From Clostridia bacterium (lineage in GTDB: Bacteria > Bacillota > Clostridia > Oscillospirales > CAG-272): a stretch of DNA of 64,000 bases. Position numbers and translations under genes: made by a program. The notes under the pieces are model-generated. The model was not told the origin of the DNA. It searched no databases and saw nothing but the letters and a program-made list of their open reading frames with translations. Positions 27,614 through 37,900 of this stretch are shown here, piece after piece. How positions within the stretch are numbered: the stretch's first letter is position 1; every line of letters begins with the position of its first letter. The stretch is taken from positions 72,155-136,154 of the forward strand of contig JAFUKI010000057.1 in the NCBI GenBank assembly GCA_017467815.1, written 5' to 3'.

Positions 27614-28828
27614 ATGGAGAAAATGATCAACACACCGATAGCCGTAAACGGGAAGGAATTTCCCAACCGTGTGGTTTTTCAGCCGATGGAAGGCTGTGAC
27701 TGCAATGAAGACGGCAGCCCCACGGAACTGACCATTGCAAAATATCTTTCCGCTGCCAGAGGCGGTGCCGGGATCATATGGATCGAAGCCACTGCCGTAT
27801 GTCCCGAAGGAAGGACCAATTCCCGGCAGATGATGCTGACCGAAGAAACCCTGCCTGCCTACAAAAAGCTGGTAGCGGATATGCGAAAAGCCGCTATGGA
27901 AGAATGCGGCATCTCCCCCGTCCTGATCATACAGCTGACCCATTCCGGCAGACAGAGCATCGTCCCCATGATCGCTTACCGCCATCCCATCTATGAAGAA
28001 AGACGGCCTGCGACGGACGAAAACATTGTATCGGATGAATATCTTGACACCATTCCCGCCATGTACGCCAAAACCGCCAGGCTTGCTGTGGAAGCCGGTT
28101 TTGACGGTGTGGATATCAAGTCCTGCCACGGCTATCTGTTCCAGGAACTTCTGTCCGCCTTTGACCGTCCGGGCAGATACGGCGGCAGTCTGGAAAACCG
28201 TACGAGACTGTATCTGGATTGTTTCCGCGCGGTCAGAGAAGCCGTTTCGCCGGATATTCTGCTGACCTCCCGGCTGAGTGTTGCGGATATGGTGCCGAAA
28301 CCCTACGGTTTTGGAACTACGGAGCAGAACGAACTGGATTTCACCGAGCCGGATCTGCTGATCGAAAAGCTGATCGGAGAAGGCATGCAGATTCTGAACG
28401 TGACCATCGGCAACCCCTATTACAATCCCCACATCAACCGTCCCTACCGCAAAGGCGGATACATTCCCCCGGAATTGCCCGAAGAAGGTCTTGCCCGTTT
28501 TATCACGGTGGAAAAGCACATCAAGGAAAAATTCCCCGGTCTTTCTGTTGTGGGTTCGGGACTTTCCTATTACCGCAACGATTTGCTGGAACAGAGTGAA
28601 CGGCAGCTGCAGGAAGGTGTATGTGATTTTGTGGGATACGGCAGAATGTGGCTTGCATACCCCATGTTCTACAGAGAATACAAGGACGGACAGTTTGCCG
28701 CGAAGAAATGCTGTCTTGCCTGCTCCAAGTGTACTGAGCTGATGCGGAACAAGCAGGTTTCGGGATGCGCGATATTCAATGAATATTACAGAGAACTGTA
28801 CCGTCAGAAAGTCCAGCAGAAAAACTGA
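27614..28828 (+). CDS. NADH:flavin oxidoreductase (Old Yellow Enzyme family)
   Basis: 404 aa with motifs HSGRQS and DGVDIKSCHGYLFQELLSAFDRPGRYGGSLENRTR. Confidence 0.85.
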   Translation: MEKMINTPIAVNGKEFPNRVVFQPMEGCDCNEDGSPTELTIAKYLSAARGGAGIIWIEATAVCPEGRTNSRQMMLTEETLPAYKKLVADMRKAAMEECGISPVLIIQLTHSGRQSIVPMIAYRHPIYEERRPATDENIVSDEYLDTIPAMYAKTARLAVEAGFDGVDIKSCHGYLFQELLSAFDRPGRYGGSLENRTRLYLDCFRAVREAVSPDILLTSRLSVADMVPKPYGFGTTEQNELDFTEPDLLIEKLIGEGMQILNVTIGNPYYNPHINRPYRKGGYIPPELPEEGLARFITVEKHIKEKFPGLSVVGSGLSYYRNDLLEQSERQLQEGVCDFVGYGRMWLAYPMFYREYKDGQFAAKKCCLACSKCTELMRNKQVSGCAIFNEYYRELYRQKVQQKN

Positions 28829-28857
28829 TCCAAAATATACATATATAAGGTGAAATT

Positions 28858-29589
28858 ATGAGTATTGCAGTTGTAACCGGTGTGGCAGGCGGAATCGGAA
28901 AAGCGAGCGCCATACTGCTTGCCCGGAAAGGGTATACGGTGGTGGGAATGGGACGGAGTTCCTCTCCCGATCTCACGGATTTTGAAGGTTTGGATATTGC
29001 CTATGTACAGGGGGACGTTTCCTGCCCCGAAGACCGTGCCAAACTGCTGGAAACAGCGGCGGATGCAGGGGATATCACTGTGCTGGTGAATGTAGCGGGA
29101 GTTGCGCCCAAGGTACGTCGGGATATTCTGGAAATGACAGAAGAAAGCTATGATTTCGTTATGGGCATCAACACCAAAGGCACGCTGTTCCTGACTCAGG
29201 CGGCTGCCAACATGATGCTGAAGCATGGCAAGGGCGGTGCGATTGTCAACATTTCCTCCTGCTCGGCTTATACCAGCTCCACCAGCCGCGGCGAATATTG
29301 TATTTCCAAAGCCGGCGTATCCATGATCACGAAGCTGTTTGCCGACCGTCTGGCAGGCACGGGAATCACAGTCAATGAAGTCTGTCCCGGTATCATCGCC
29401 ACCGGTATGACGGAAGCGGTCAAGGAAAAATACGATCGACTGATTGCAGACGGACTGGTTCCCATGGGTCGATGGGGAACCCCCGAAGACGTAGCCAAAA
29501 CCGTTGTCGCGCTGTGTGACGGCACTTTCGGCTACACGACCGGCACATCGCTGATCGTTGACGGCGGTATGCACATCAGAAGCTTATGA
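28858..29589 (+). CDS. SDR family oxidoreductase
   Basis: TGxxxGIG (VVTGVAGGIGKA), NISS, YxxxK (YCISKAG). Confidence 0.9.
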   Translation: MSIAVVTGVAGGIGKASAILLARKGYTVVGMGRSSSPDLTDFEGLDIAYVQGDVSCPEDRAKLLETAADAGDITVLVNVAGVAPKVRRDILEMTEESYDFVMGINTKGTLFLTQAAANMMLKHGKGGAIVNISSCSAYTSSTSRGEYCISKAGVSMITKLFADRLAGTGITVNEVCPGIIATGMTEAVKEKYDRLIADGLVPMGRWGTPEDVAKTVVALCDGTFGYTTGTSLIVDGGMHIRSL

Positions 29590-31385
29590 AAAAGAATTAT
29601 CATACACTCATTATCGGAACCGGATGTGCCGGGTACAATGCGGCTGACCGTTTGTATGATCTCGGTATCCGGGACATTGCCATCATCACCGAAGGCAGAT
29701 CTATGGGTACCTCCCGGAACACGGGAAGCGACAAACAGACCTATTACAAATTATCCCTGTGCGGCAGTGACGGTGACAGTGTCCGTGAAATGGCGGATAC
29801 CCTCTACTCCGGCGGCGGTGTCATGGGGGAACACGCCCTGTGCGAAGCGGCTTATTCCACCAGATGCTTCATGCGTCTTGTGGAGCTGGGTGTCCCCTTT
29901 CCTACCAACGAATACGGTGAATACGCCGGATACAAAACCGACCATGATCCCCGCAGCCGTGCTACCTCCTGCGGTCCGCTGACATCCCGGTATATGACCG
30001 AGGCACTGGAAAAATCCGTACTGAACAAAGGAATCGAAATCATTGATTTCCAGCGTGTAATCAAAATTCTCACCGACGACAACGGTGTTTGCGGCATTGC
30101 CTGCGCTTCCACGGTTACGGGCAGTATTACCGTGATCGGCTGTCAGAATGTGGTTCTCTGCACCGGTGGACCTGCCGGGATTTACAAAAACACTGTATAT
30201 CCTGAAAGTCAGCATGGCGCAACGGGACTTGCCATTGATGCCGGCGCTTCTCTTGTCAATATGGAACAATGGCAGTACGGTATCGCCAGTACGAAATTCC
30301 GCTGGAATCTGTCCGGTACATATCAGCAGGTACTGCCCCGGTATATTTCCGTGGATGAAGAAGGAAACGAGAGAGAATTTCTCTATGATGCGCTCGGCAC
30401 CGACTCTCTGGGACTAATTTTCCTCAAGGGATATCAGTGGCCTTTTGACACAAGGAAAACCGAAGGCTCCTCCAAGGTGGATCTTCTGGTTGCCGCCGAG
30501 GTCAAAAAGGGAAATCGCGTGTATCTTGATTTTCTCCGCAATCCCAAGGGTCTGGAAGAGGGATTTGCCCTTCTCCCCCCTGAAGCATACAACTATCTTG
30601 AACGCTCCGGCGCGCTGTTCGGCACCCCCATTGAACGGCTGCAGAAAATGAACAGCGGTGCCATTGAGCTTTATGCGGATCACGGTATTGATCTGTATAC
30701 GGAAAAACTGGAAATTGCCGTCTGCGCACAGCATTGTAACGGCGGCGTATTGGTGGACGGGCACTGGCAGAGCGATGTGGCAGGTCTGTACACCGCCGGT
30801 GAAGCTGCCGGAACCTTCGGGGTATACCGTCCGGGCGGAAGTGCGCTGAACTCCACCCAGGTGGGCAGTCTTCGTGCGGCGGAACATATTGCCGGACAGA
30901 CAAGAGCTGTCGGTACACTTCCCGCCTATACACCGCCCCGGATTCGTTACGGCAAATCCAATCTGGCGGAAATCCGGGATCTTCTGCAGACCGAAATGAG
31001 CCGTGCTGCCGATTTTGACAGAGACACGGCAGGGATGCGGAATCTTTTCGGCAGAGTATGTGAACTGTACGAACATTTTTTTGAGAATGTAATGATTGAC
31101 GACGCCTCCCAGGTCGCGGAACTGTTCAAGCTGTACGATATGGTGATTACCCAGCGTTCCGTACTCTCATCCATGCTTTGTTCGGCGGAAGCTGTGGGAA
31201 CGCACGGTTCGGCACTGGTTGACCGGAAACCGGATCAAAGCGGCGGCGTGCCGAGACAGAATCGTACCGTAACAAAGGGAGCCATATCCGAGATCCTGCC
31301 GATCTCCCCCATGCCCGATCCCGAACTCTGGTTTGAAACACTTCTGGCAAGACAAAAAAATCACTCTCAAGGAGGATTACGATGA
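29586..31385 (+). CDS. FAD-binding oxidoreductase (fumarate reductase/aspartate oxidase flavoprotein-like)
   Basis: N-terminal dinucleotide fold TLIIGTGCAGYNAADRL. 599 aa. Later motif GLYTAGEAAG. ATGA overlap with the SDR gene. Confidence 0.8.
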   Translation: MKKNYHTLIIGTGCAGYNAADRLYDLGIRDIAIITEGRSMGTSRNTGSDKQTYYKLSLCGSDGDSVREMADTLYSGGGVMGEHALCEAAYSTRCFMRLVELGVPFPTNEYGEYAGYKTDHDPRSRATSCGPLTSRYMTEALEKSVLNKGIEIIDFQRVIKILTDDNGVCGIACASTVTGSITVIGCQNVVLCTGGPAGIYKNTVYPESQHGATGLAIDAGASLVNMEQWQYGIASTKFRWNLSGTYQQVLPRYISVDEEGNEREFLYDALGTDSLGLIFLKGYQWPFDTRKTEGSSKVDLLVAAEVKKGNRVYLDFLRNPKGLEEGFALLPPEAYNYLERSGALFGTPIERLQKMNSGAIELYADHGIDLYTEKLEIAVCAQHCNGGVLVDGHWQSDVAGLYTAGEAAGTFGVYRPGGSALNSTQVGSLRAAEHIAGQTRAVGTLPAYTPPRIRYGKSNLAEIRDLLQTEMSRAADFDRDTAGMRNLFGRVCELYEHFFENVMIDDASQVAELFKLYDMVITQRSVLSSMLCSAEAVGTHGSALVDRKPDQSGGVPRQNRTVTKGAISEILPISPMPDPELWFETLLARQKNHSQGGLR

Positions 31386-32134
31386 ATAATGCATATAAGT
31401 TAGGGCTGGTCTCCATCTCCTTCCGGCAGCACAACCCACTGGAGATCCTGCAAGCCGTACAGAAAGCCGGTTTGTCCTGTATCGAATGGGGCAGTGACGT
31501 ACACGCACCGGCACACGAAATCGAAAAAGTCAAGGAAATTGCCGCCCTGCAGAAACAGTACGGCATCGAATGTTCCTCTTACGGGACCTATTTCCGTCTC
31601 ATGGTAACACCCATGGAAGAACTGCTCCCCCACATCGAAGCGGCTAAGATACTGGGTACAGACATTCTGCGTCTCTGGTGCGGTCCCCAAAGATCCGGTG
31701 CGGATCTGACACCTGCGGAAAAAGAAGAACTGTTCGATATTTGCCGTCAGGCGGAAAAGATCGCAGCAGAACATGGTGTGACGCTTTGTATGGAATGCCA
31801 CCAGAACACCTTCACTGAACGTGTGAGTGATGCTGTGGAACTGATGCAAGCTCTGTATTCTCCCCATTTCCAGATGTACTGGCAGCCTCTGCACGATGAT
31901 CCGGCGAAGAATGTGGCATCCGCCAGAGCAATCGCGCCCTACAGCAGCCATCTGCACGTATACAACTGGAATAGTCATGCACGTTATACCCTTGCCGATG
32001 CAGTGGATACATGGCGTTCCTATGTGAAAGAATTCACCACCCCCCGCACGCTTCTGCTGGAATTTATGCCGGACAACCGTCTGGAAACCCTTGTTACGGA
32101 AGCCGATGCACTGAGAAAAATTATCGGAGGTTAA
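31382..32134 (+). CDS. sugar phosphate isomerase/epimerase (xylose isomerase-like TIM barrel)
   Basis: 250 aa with family-typical layout (GLSCIEWGSDVH..., LCMECHQNTF). 4-nt overlap with the upstream gene. Confidence 0.75.
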   Translation: MNNAYKLGLVSISFRQHNPLEILQAVQKAGLSCIEWGSDVHAPAHEIEKVKEIAALQKQYGIECSSYGTYFRLMVTPMEELLPHIEAAKILGTDILRLWCGPQRSGADLTPAEKEELFDICRQAEKIAAEHGVTLCMECHQNTFTERVSDAVELMQALYSPHFQMYWQPLHDDPAKNVASARAIAPYSSHLHVYNWNSHARYTLADAVDTWRSYVKEFTTPRTLLLEFMPDNRLETLVTEADALRKIIGG

Positions 32135-32135
32135 G

Positions 32136-33137
32136 ATGAAAGCTATATTTTTGAACAAAAGTGCAGGTACAGTCCGCAATGTATACGGAAGTGAAACCAT
32201 CGCCGCTTTGCAGGCACGCTGTGAACTTTCCGATACTGTGTATAAAAAAGAGGATATTCTTGCCAATCCCGGACAGTTCGCCGATACGGAAGTTGCCTTC
32301 TCCACCTGGGGGATGCCTGTCTTCACGGAAGAAGAAATCAAAAGCTGTCTCCCCAATCTGAAATGCGTATTCTACGGTGCAGGCAGTGTACAGTTCTTTG
32401 CCCGTCCCTTCCTTGCCTGCGGTGTGAGAGTGGTCAGTGCGTGGGCAGCCAATGCGGTTCCCGTTGCGGAAATGACGGTTGCACAGATTATTCTCGGCAA
32501 TAACGGTTATTTCCCCAGCAGCAGATATTACAGCACGGGAGATCACAACGGTGCCTGTAACGCTGCCGACAGCTGCAGAGGGAACTATGGCGAAACCGTT
32601 GGTATCATCGGTGCCGGCATGATCGGTCGTCTGGTCATTCAGATGCTGAAGCAGTATGAACTGAAGGTGATTGTTTTCGACCCCTTCCTTCCCGACGAAA
32701 AAGCCGCCGAACTGGGTGTGGAAAAATGCGATCTGCCGACTCTGTTCGAGCGTGCTTTCGTGGTCTCCAACCATCTGGCAAACAATGCACAGACCAAGGG
32801 TATGCTGAATTACGATCTGTTCCGCCGTATGAGACATTACGGTGTATTCATCAATACCGGACGCGGTGCACAGGTCGTTGAGGATGATCTGGTTAGGATC
32901 CTGACAGAACGCCCTGACCTGACCGCTCTTCTGGACGTTACCCTCCCCGAACCGGTTGAACCCGGTCATGCTTTCTATTCCCTCCCGAACTGCCTCCTGA
33001 CACCCCACATTGCAGGAAGCAAGGGTGACGAAATCCGCCGTATGGGTAAGTATATGCTGAATGAATTTGATGCGTATCTTGCCGGAGAAGCTTTGAAGTA
33101 TGAAGTTTCCGAAGCAATGCTGGAGACGATGGCGTAA
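32136..33137 (+). CDS. D-isomer-specific 2-hydroxyacid dehydrogenase family protein
   Basis: NAD motif VGIIGAGMIGRLV, catalytic-region motifs INTGRGAQV and LTPHIAGS. Confidence 0.85.
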   Translation: MKAIFLNKSAGTVRNVYGSETIAALQARCELSDTVYKKEDILANPGQFADTEVAFSTWGMPVFTEEEIKSCLPNLKCVFYGAGSVQFFARPFLACGVRVVSAWAANAVPVAEMTVAQIILGNNGYFPSSRYYSTGDHNGACNAADSCRGNYGETVGIIGAGMIGRLVIQMLKQYELKVIVFDPFLPDEKAAELGVEKCDLPTLFERAFVVSNHLANNAQTKGMLNYDLFRRMRHYGVFINTGRGAQVVEDDLVRILTERPDLTALLDVTLPEPVEPGHAFYSLPNCLLTPHIAGSKGDEIRRMGKYMLNEFDAYLAGEALKYEVSEAMLETMA

Positions 33138-33180
33138 TAGAGCTGATATACGTTTTTTCAAAAGTCTCACATAAATGAGA

Positions 33181-33220
33181 AAATACCCCGACAGATTTTT
33201 TCAGTCTGTTGGGGTATTTT
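33181..33220. terminator. bidirectional hairpin terminator
   Basis: AAATACCCCGACAGA-loop-TCTGTTGGGGTATTTT between convergent genes. Confidence 0.5.
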
Positions 33221-33239
33221 CATTCCAATACGTTTATCA

Positions 33240-34112
33240 CTATTTTTGAAATTGTGTTTTTTCTTCGGTAAAGGTTAAAAATTCCTGATAAATATCATCG
33301 ATCTGCAGTCTGATCAGCTGGGCAAAGCTATGTTTACCGCATAGATATTGAACAAACTTTGCTCCAAGATAATATCCGACATCTCCTCTTCCGCAATAGT
33401 TCGCCCAATCACCGAAATACCTTTGATCAAATCTTGTCATTGTTGGCAAATCAGAATAAAAGTCCGATAGTATTTGCTTGAAATGATCATCACACCAATT
33501 CAGCCAGCCATTTTTGTCTTGGTGATAGTAATTCAGGTCATGAATCAGAACCTGTTCAAAGTACATTGCTATACCCTCGGTAAATAACTGCCAAACAAAA
33601 TTCTGGCTGCTGTTATCACAAGATTGATCCAATATACCATATTGTTTATGATATACGTGTCCTAATTCGTGATAAATCAGTCCATACATTGAATCCTCAT
33701 CGTACCAGTTCAGCTCAAGAATCTTTTCCATTCCTAACAGTATTACATCACGTCCATGAATATTGGTAACCCATCCCGCTGCATTGCAAAGTCCAAGATA
33801 TAAAACAATGTCAGCATCTAATTCATGTTCAAAGCAATCAATGATTCTTTCGTTTAAGCCATTTGTAACTTTTTGGAAGGAAATATGCATGGCTTCCAAT
33901 GCTGTATGACCGTGGACAGCGTTGATGATCGGTAAGATATCTTTTTCAAAAATGTAGTTTCCACTGTCCAGACATTCTTTTAAATCATCTTTGAAAATAT
34001 CAGCTGATCTTTCATAAATAAAATTCATATATTTTTCCCACATTACCAAATTGAATGTTCCATTATCGAACAAAGAATCAATCTGAGAAAATGTATCAAT
34101 GATTCTTATCAT
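33240..34112 (-). CDS. putative zinc-dependent peptidase (HExxH; DUF2268-like)
   Basis: 290-aa ORF with IYHELGHVYH. AT-rich coding sequence. The family call is from memory only. Confidence 0.55.
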   Translation of the reverse strand: MIRIIDTFSQIDSLFDNGTFNLVMWEKYMNFIYERSADIFKDDLKECLDSGNYIFEKDILPIINAVHGHTALEAMHISFQKVTNGLNERIIDCFEHELDADIVLYLGLCNAAGWVTNIHGRDVILLGMEKILELNWYDEDSMYGLIYHELGHVYHKQYGILDQSCDNSSQNFVWQLFTEGIAMYFEQVLIHDLNYYHQDKNGWLNWCDDHFKQILSDFYSDLPTMTRFDQRYFGDWANYCGRGDVGYYLGAKFVQYLCGKHSFAQLIRLQIDDIYQEFLTFTEEKTQFQK

Positions 34113-34476
34113 GTCAAGTACCTCGTAAACCCTAATTTATCGTTCCATTTTTCCTGTTTCCACATCTGCCGTAAGGGAGGGGGCGTTGTCAAGAGAGACA
34201 CCTCCCCTACAATGACAGAGAGAATATTTTTCTATTCTGCGTACATATCGCTATAAAATATGCGCCTGTTCTACTATAATCATAGCCATTTTATCGAAGT
34301 TCTTTTCTATTTGGCAGTTCCCTATCTTCTCCCATTCCTATCACCCAACAGTATTATACCACAAACTCTACAAAGAGACAATATCTCTACTGTCCTTTGC
34401 CTCCATACTTATGAAAGCAACCATATGTAGCCATTCTTCGCCTGAATTTCCATTCGTAACAAAATTATGAACTCTA

Positions 34477-34529
34477 TTGACAACTCCATTCTAACGTGTT
34501 AGAATATAAACACAATCTAATGCATTAGA
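34477..34529 (+). promoter_or_regulatory. promoter with two BlaI-type palindromic operators
   Basis: TTGACA (34477-34482), 17 nt, TAGAAT (34500-34505). Palindrome ATTCTAACGTGTTAGAAT (34488-34505) covers the spacer and -10. The second palindrome TCTAATGCATTAGA (34516-34529) lies just downstream. Confidence 0.5.
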
Positions 34530-34554
34530 ATGAAATTCGGAAAGGAGTATCCCA

Positions 34555-34926
34555 ATGGAAACACCGAAAATTTTTGAAAGTGAATATCGCTTCTGTCTGA
34601 TTCTGTGGGAACATGAACCCATCAAAAGTCCGCTTCTGGCGAAACTTTGTGCGGAACAGCTGGGGTGGAAAACCAGTACCACGTATACTGTCATCAAACG
34701 GCTTTCCGACAGAGGAATTCTGAAAAACGAAAATACCGTTGTCACATCTCTGGTATCCAAGGATGAAGTACAGGCGTCCGAGATTGATGAACTGGTGGAG
34801 AAAAAATTTGAAGGATCGCTGCCTGCATTCATTGCGGCGTTTACGAAGCATCAGAAATTGTCCGGGAAGGAGATTGACGAAATCCAGCGGATGATTGACC
34901 GGATGCGTGAAGGAGGGGCGGAATGA
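34555..34926 (+). CDS. BlaI/MecI/CopY family transcriptional repressor
   Basis: 123-aa winged-helix protein (SEYRFCLILWEHEPIKSPLLAKL...TVIKRLSDRGIL) with a C-terminal dimerisation helix. AAAGGAG RBS. Confidence 0.9.
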   Translation: METPKIFESEYRFCLILWEHEPIKSPLLAKLCAEQLGWKTSTTYTVIKRLSDRGILKNENTVVTSLVSKDEVQASEIDELVEKKFEGSLPAFIAAFTKHQKLSGKEIDEIQRMIDRMREGGAE

Positions 34927-37900
34927 GTGAAGTTTTTCTGAAAATGATAAACATGAGTATAACCGCAAGCTGGCTTGTTCTGGCGGTGTTCATACTCCGG
35001 TTTGTTCTGAAAAAAGCGCCGAAATGGGGGAATGTCCTGCTTTGGGGTATTGTGGCGGTACGGCTTCTGTTCCCCTTCTCCATCGAAAGTGCATTGAGTC
35101 TGATTCCCAGCACCCAGACCATCCCGCTGAATATTGAACTGAATACTGTCCCCGCTATCAACAGTGGTATTCCGGTGATCAACAATGTGGTAAATCCCAT
35201 CATCGTTGAATCCAACACACCGGCACCGGGCACAAGCGTCAATCCCCTGCAGATCGCCGTTGCAGTCTGTGCGAACATCTGGATTCTGGGCATTGCCGCT
35301 ATGCTGCTCTATACCACGGTCAGTTATCTGCACCTGCGGCGCCGGGTGGGGAGTGCTGTTCTGTACCGGGACAATATTTTCCAGAGTGAAAATGTGGACT
35401 CCCCCTTTGTACTGGGCATTGTGAAGCCGCGGATTTATACGCCCTTCGGACTGGATGACCACAGTCTGGAATACGTTATTGCCCATGAGCAGGCACATAT
35501 CCGCCGCCGGGATCACTGGTGGAAGCCTTTCGGATTTCTGCTGCTGGCGGTACATTGGTTCAACCCCATTCTTTGGCTGGCGTATGTGCTGTTCTGCCGG
35601 GATATTGAACTGGCCTGCGATGAAAAGGTGATCCGGGAAATGGATGACAGAGAACGTGCGAACTATTCCCAGGCACTCTTGGACTGCAGTGTGAACCGGC
35701 GTCTGATTTCCGCTTGTCCGCTGGCATTCGGTGAAGTCGGTGTCCGGGCGCGGATCAAGTCCGTTCTGCATTACAAGAAACCAGCATTCTGGATTATTCT
35801 GCTGGCACTTCTCGTCTGCGCGGTAACGGCGGTATGTTTTCTGACCGATCCCGTTACGGTGCGGAATCCCTGGGTACAGGAATATGAACCCGGCGCGGAA
35901 AACTCCATCGGCAGTGTGGACAAAGAGAAGTACGAAAGCATCAGTGCAGATTTTTCCATCGGGGCAGACAAGTACGGCAGGGCGGTGTTCAAGGACCCGG
36001 AAAAAGCCTTTGACACACTGAAGATCCTGTATGCCGAAGGGATCGCTTTGATCCGGGAAGAACAGGGACTGGGCGCGCTGTCCCACAGGAATTTTGATCT
36101 GTACAAAAAATTCGGTTGGCAGGTGACAGGCGGTACAGAAGAAGCCAGAGAACAGGCGGCTTTTGTATCCCGGTTTTTGGATATATACGAAAACAGTTTT
36201 ACAAAGGACACGCCAAATACCGATCTGCCGGAAGTGACACGTGAATATGAGTGGGAAATCGAAATGCTTCTGGTATCCAATATTTCCCCCAGACACCTTA
36301 CCTATGAGGAACTGAAAAATCAGCAGGAAGAAATCTGGGAATACACCAATGCCACAGTCAGTGCCTCTCAGATTATTGAATATCAGCAGAAAATCGAATC
36401 GGTGGATTACAGGTCCGGGGACCAGTATGTGACTGTGTATGTACGGGATTTCACCGATGAGGATATACAAAGATTTGAAAAAACATTCGGGCATTTCTCC
36501 TATGTACTGGTGCAAATACCAATGGAATGGATCCGTGGTACCGCCTGGGAGTGGGCACAGCAGATCGCTGAAGAGAAAGGACTTACGCTGGACAGAAGTA
36601 CGGAACACATCGTTTTCATCGAAACCGGCAGACATATGGGGGCAATGTATGTGGATTATTCCGTGGCAGACAGTATCTCTTGGATCAGGGTATACTTTTA
36701 CCGGGATGAAAATGGCAATTATGTTCCCGATCTGCTCAACCAGCGTCCCTGGGTTCCCAATACTCTCGTTGATGCGACCATTTCCGTCACGCTGGATGTT
36801 CCCTACGCCGTCCCCGAAGCGGTTCTGTCCTTGGGCGCCGGTCTTGTCAAGCAGGAAGTTTACGACTATAACCAATATGCCACCTCCCCCTACTCCCTGA
36901 CCGGTGCAAAAATCACAGCTCTGGAACGAATCGCGGAAGTGGAAACCGAACCGGACTGTGCAGTAGAGATGTACCGTCTGGAGTACAAGGTCATCCCCGA
37001 CGACCCGGATACGGCTCTGGAATACGGCAGAACTATGGACAATGGCTGTATCAACGAACCCATCACTGCCGGTCAGCCTTATCTGGTCATGTACCGCAGC
37101 TCGGCAGACGGTACGGATGTCTACACACGGATTTCCATCTCTGATTCTTTGCTGCTGCCTGATTATGAGACGGCGGAAATGCTGACGGAATACGGTGATC
37201 CATATACCGCCATGGCTATGGAGTTATATGAGAGATTTATCAGTATGCAGGAAGTGACCTTTCCTGACGATATCACAGATACAACTGAATTCAATGAAGA
37301 AAACCAACAACTCCTGTTCGGCACACCCACATCGTGGTTCTACGATACCGCCTGGGCAATCGCCATGCAGACCGCCGCAGAACAGGGACTGACGCTGGAT
37401 AAAGAAACCGGTACCATCACGCACAGCGAAAACGGCGAATATGTGGGTGTAGAGTATTACGAAGCCGATGGGGTCAAGCACGTACGTGTTGCCTTTTTCC
37501 GGGATGAAAACGGAGAATACAGCACCCAGCCGACTCCGTCTTCCGATGTCCCCGCTTCCCTGCTTCAGGCGGCATACGAAACAGCCTGTGGTGTGTATGA
37601 TGGGGTTCTGTCGGATACGCCCTATGCTATCCGCGGAAGCGTGAATGAAAATTATCTGGAGATCATCTTTCAGGCAGCAGACAAAACCATGTATGTGGGT
37701 GCGCTCTACGTCCGTAACAGTGAGAAGGATGACTGGATTCCCATGCCCGGTACGCCGACGGTTATCTACGATCCGACACGATGGGACAATACGGAATCCA
37801 TGATTATCTCCATTGATTTTGATTACGCTGTTCCCCAGGCGGTCACGGACTGGGCGGCAGAGCTTGTAAAACAGGAGATCGACAACCATAATATTCTGAA

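Noticed and set aside
34851-36875. 674-aa minus-strand ORF inside the BlaR1-like gene
   Set aside because: The frame is codon-aligned antisense. The plus-strand product has the M56 HExxH motif, TM helices and translational coupling to blaI.
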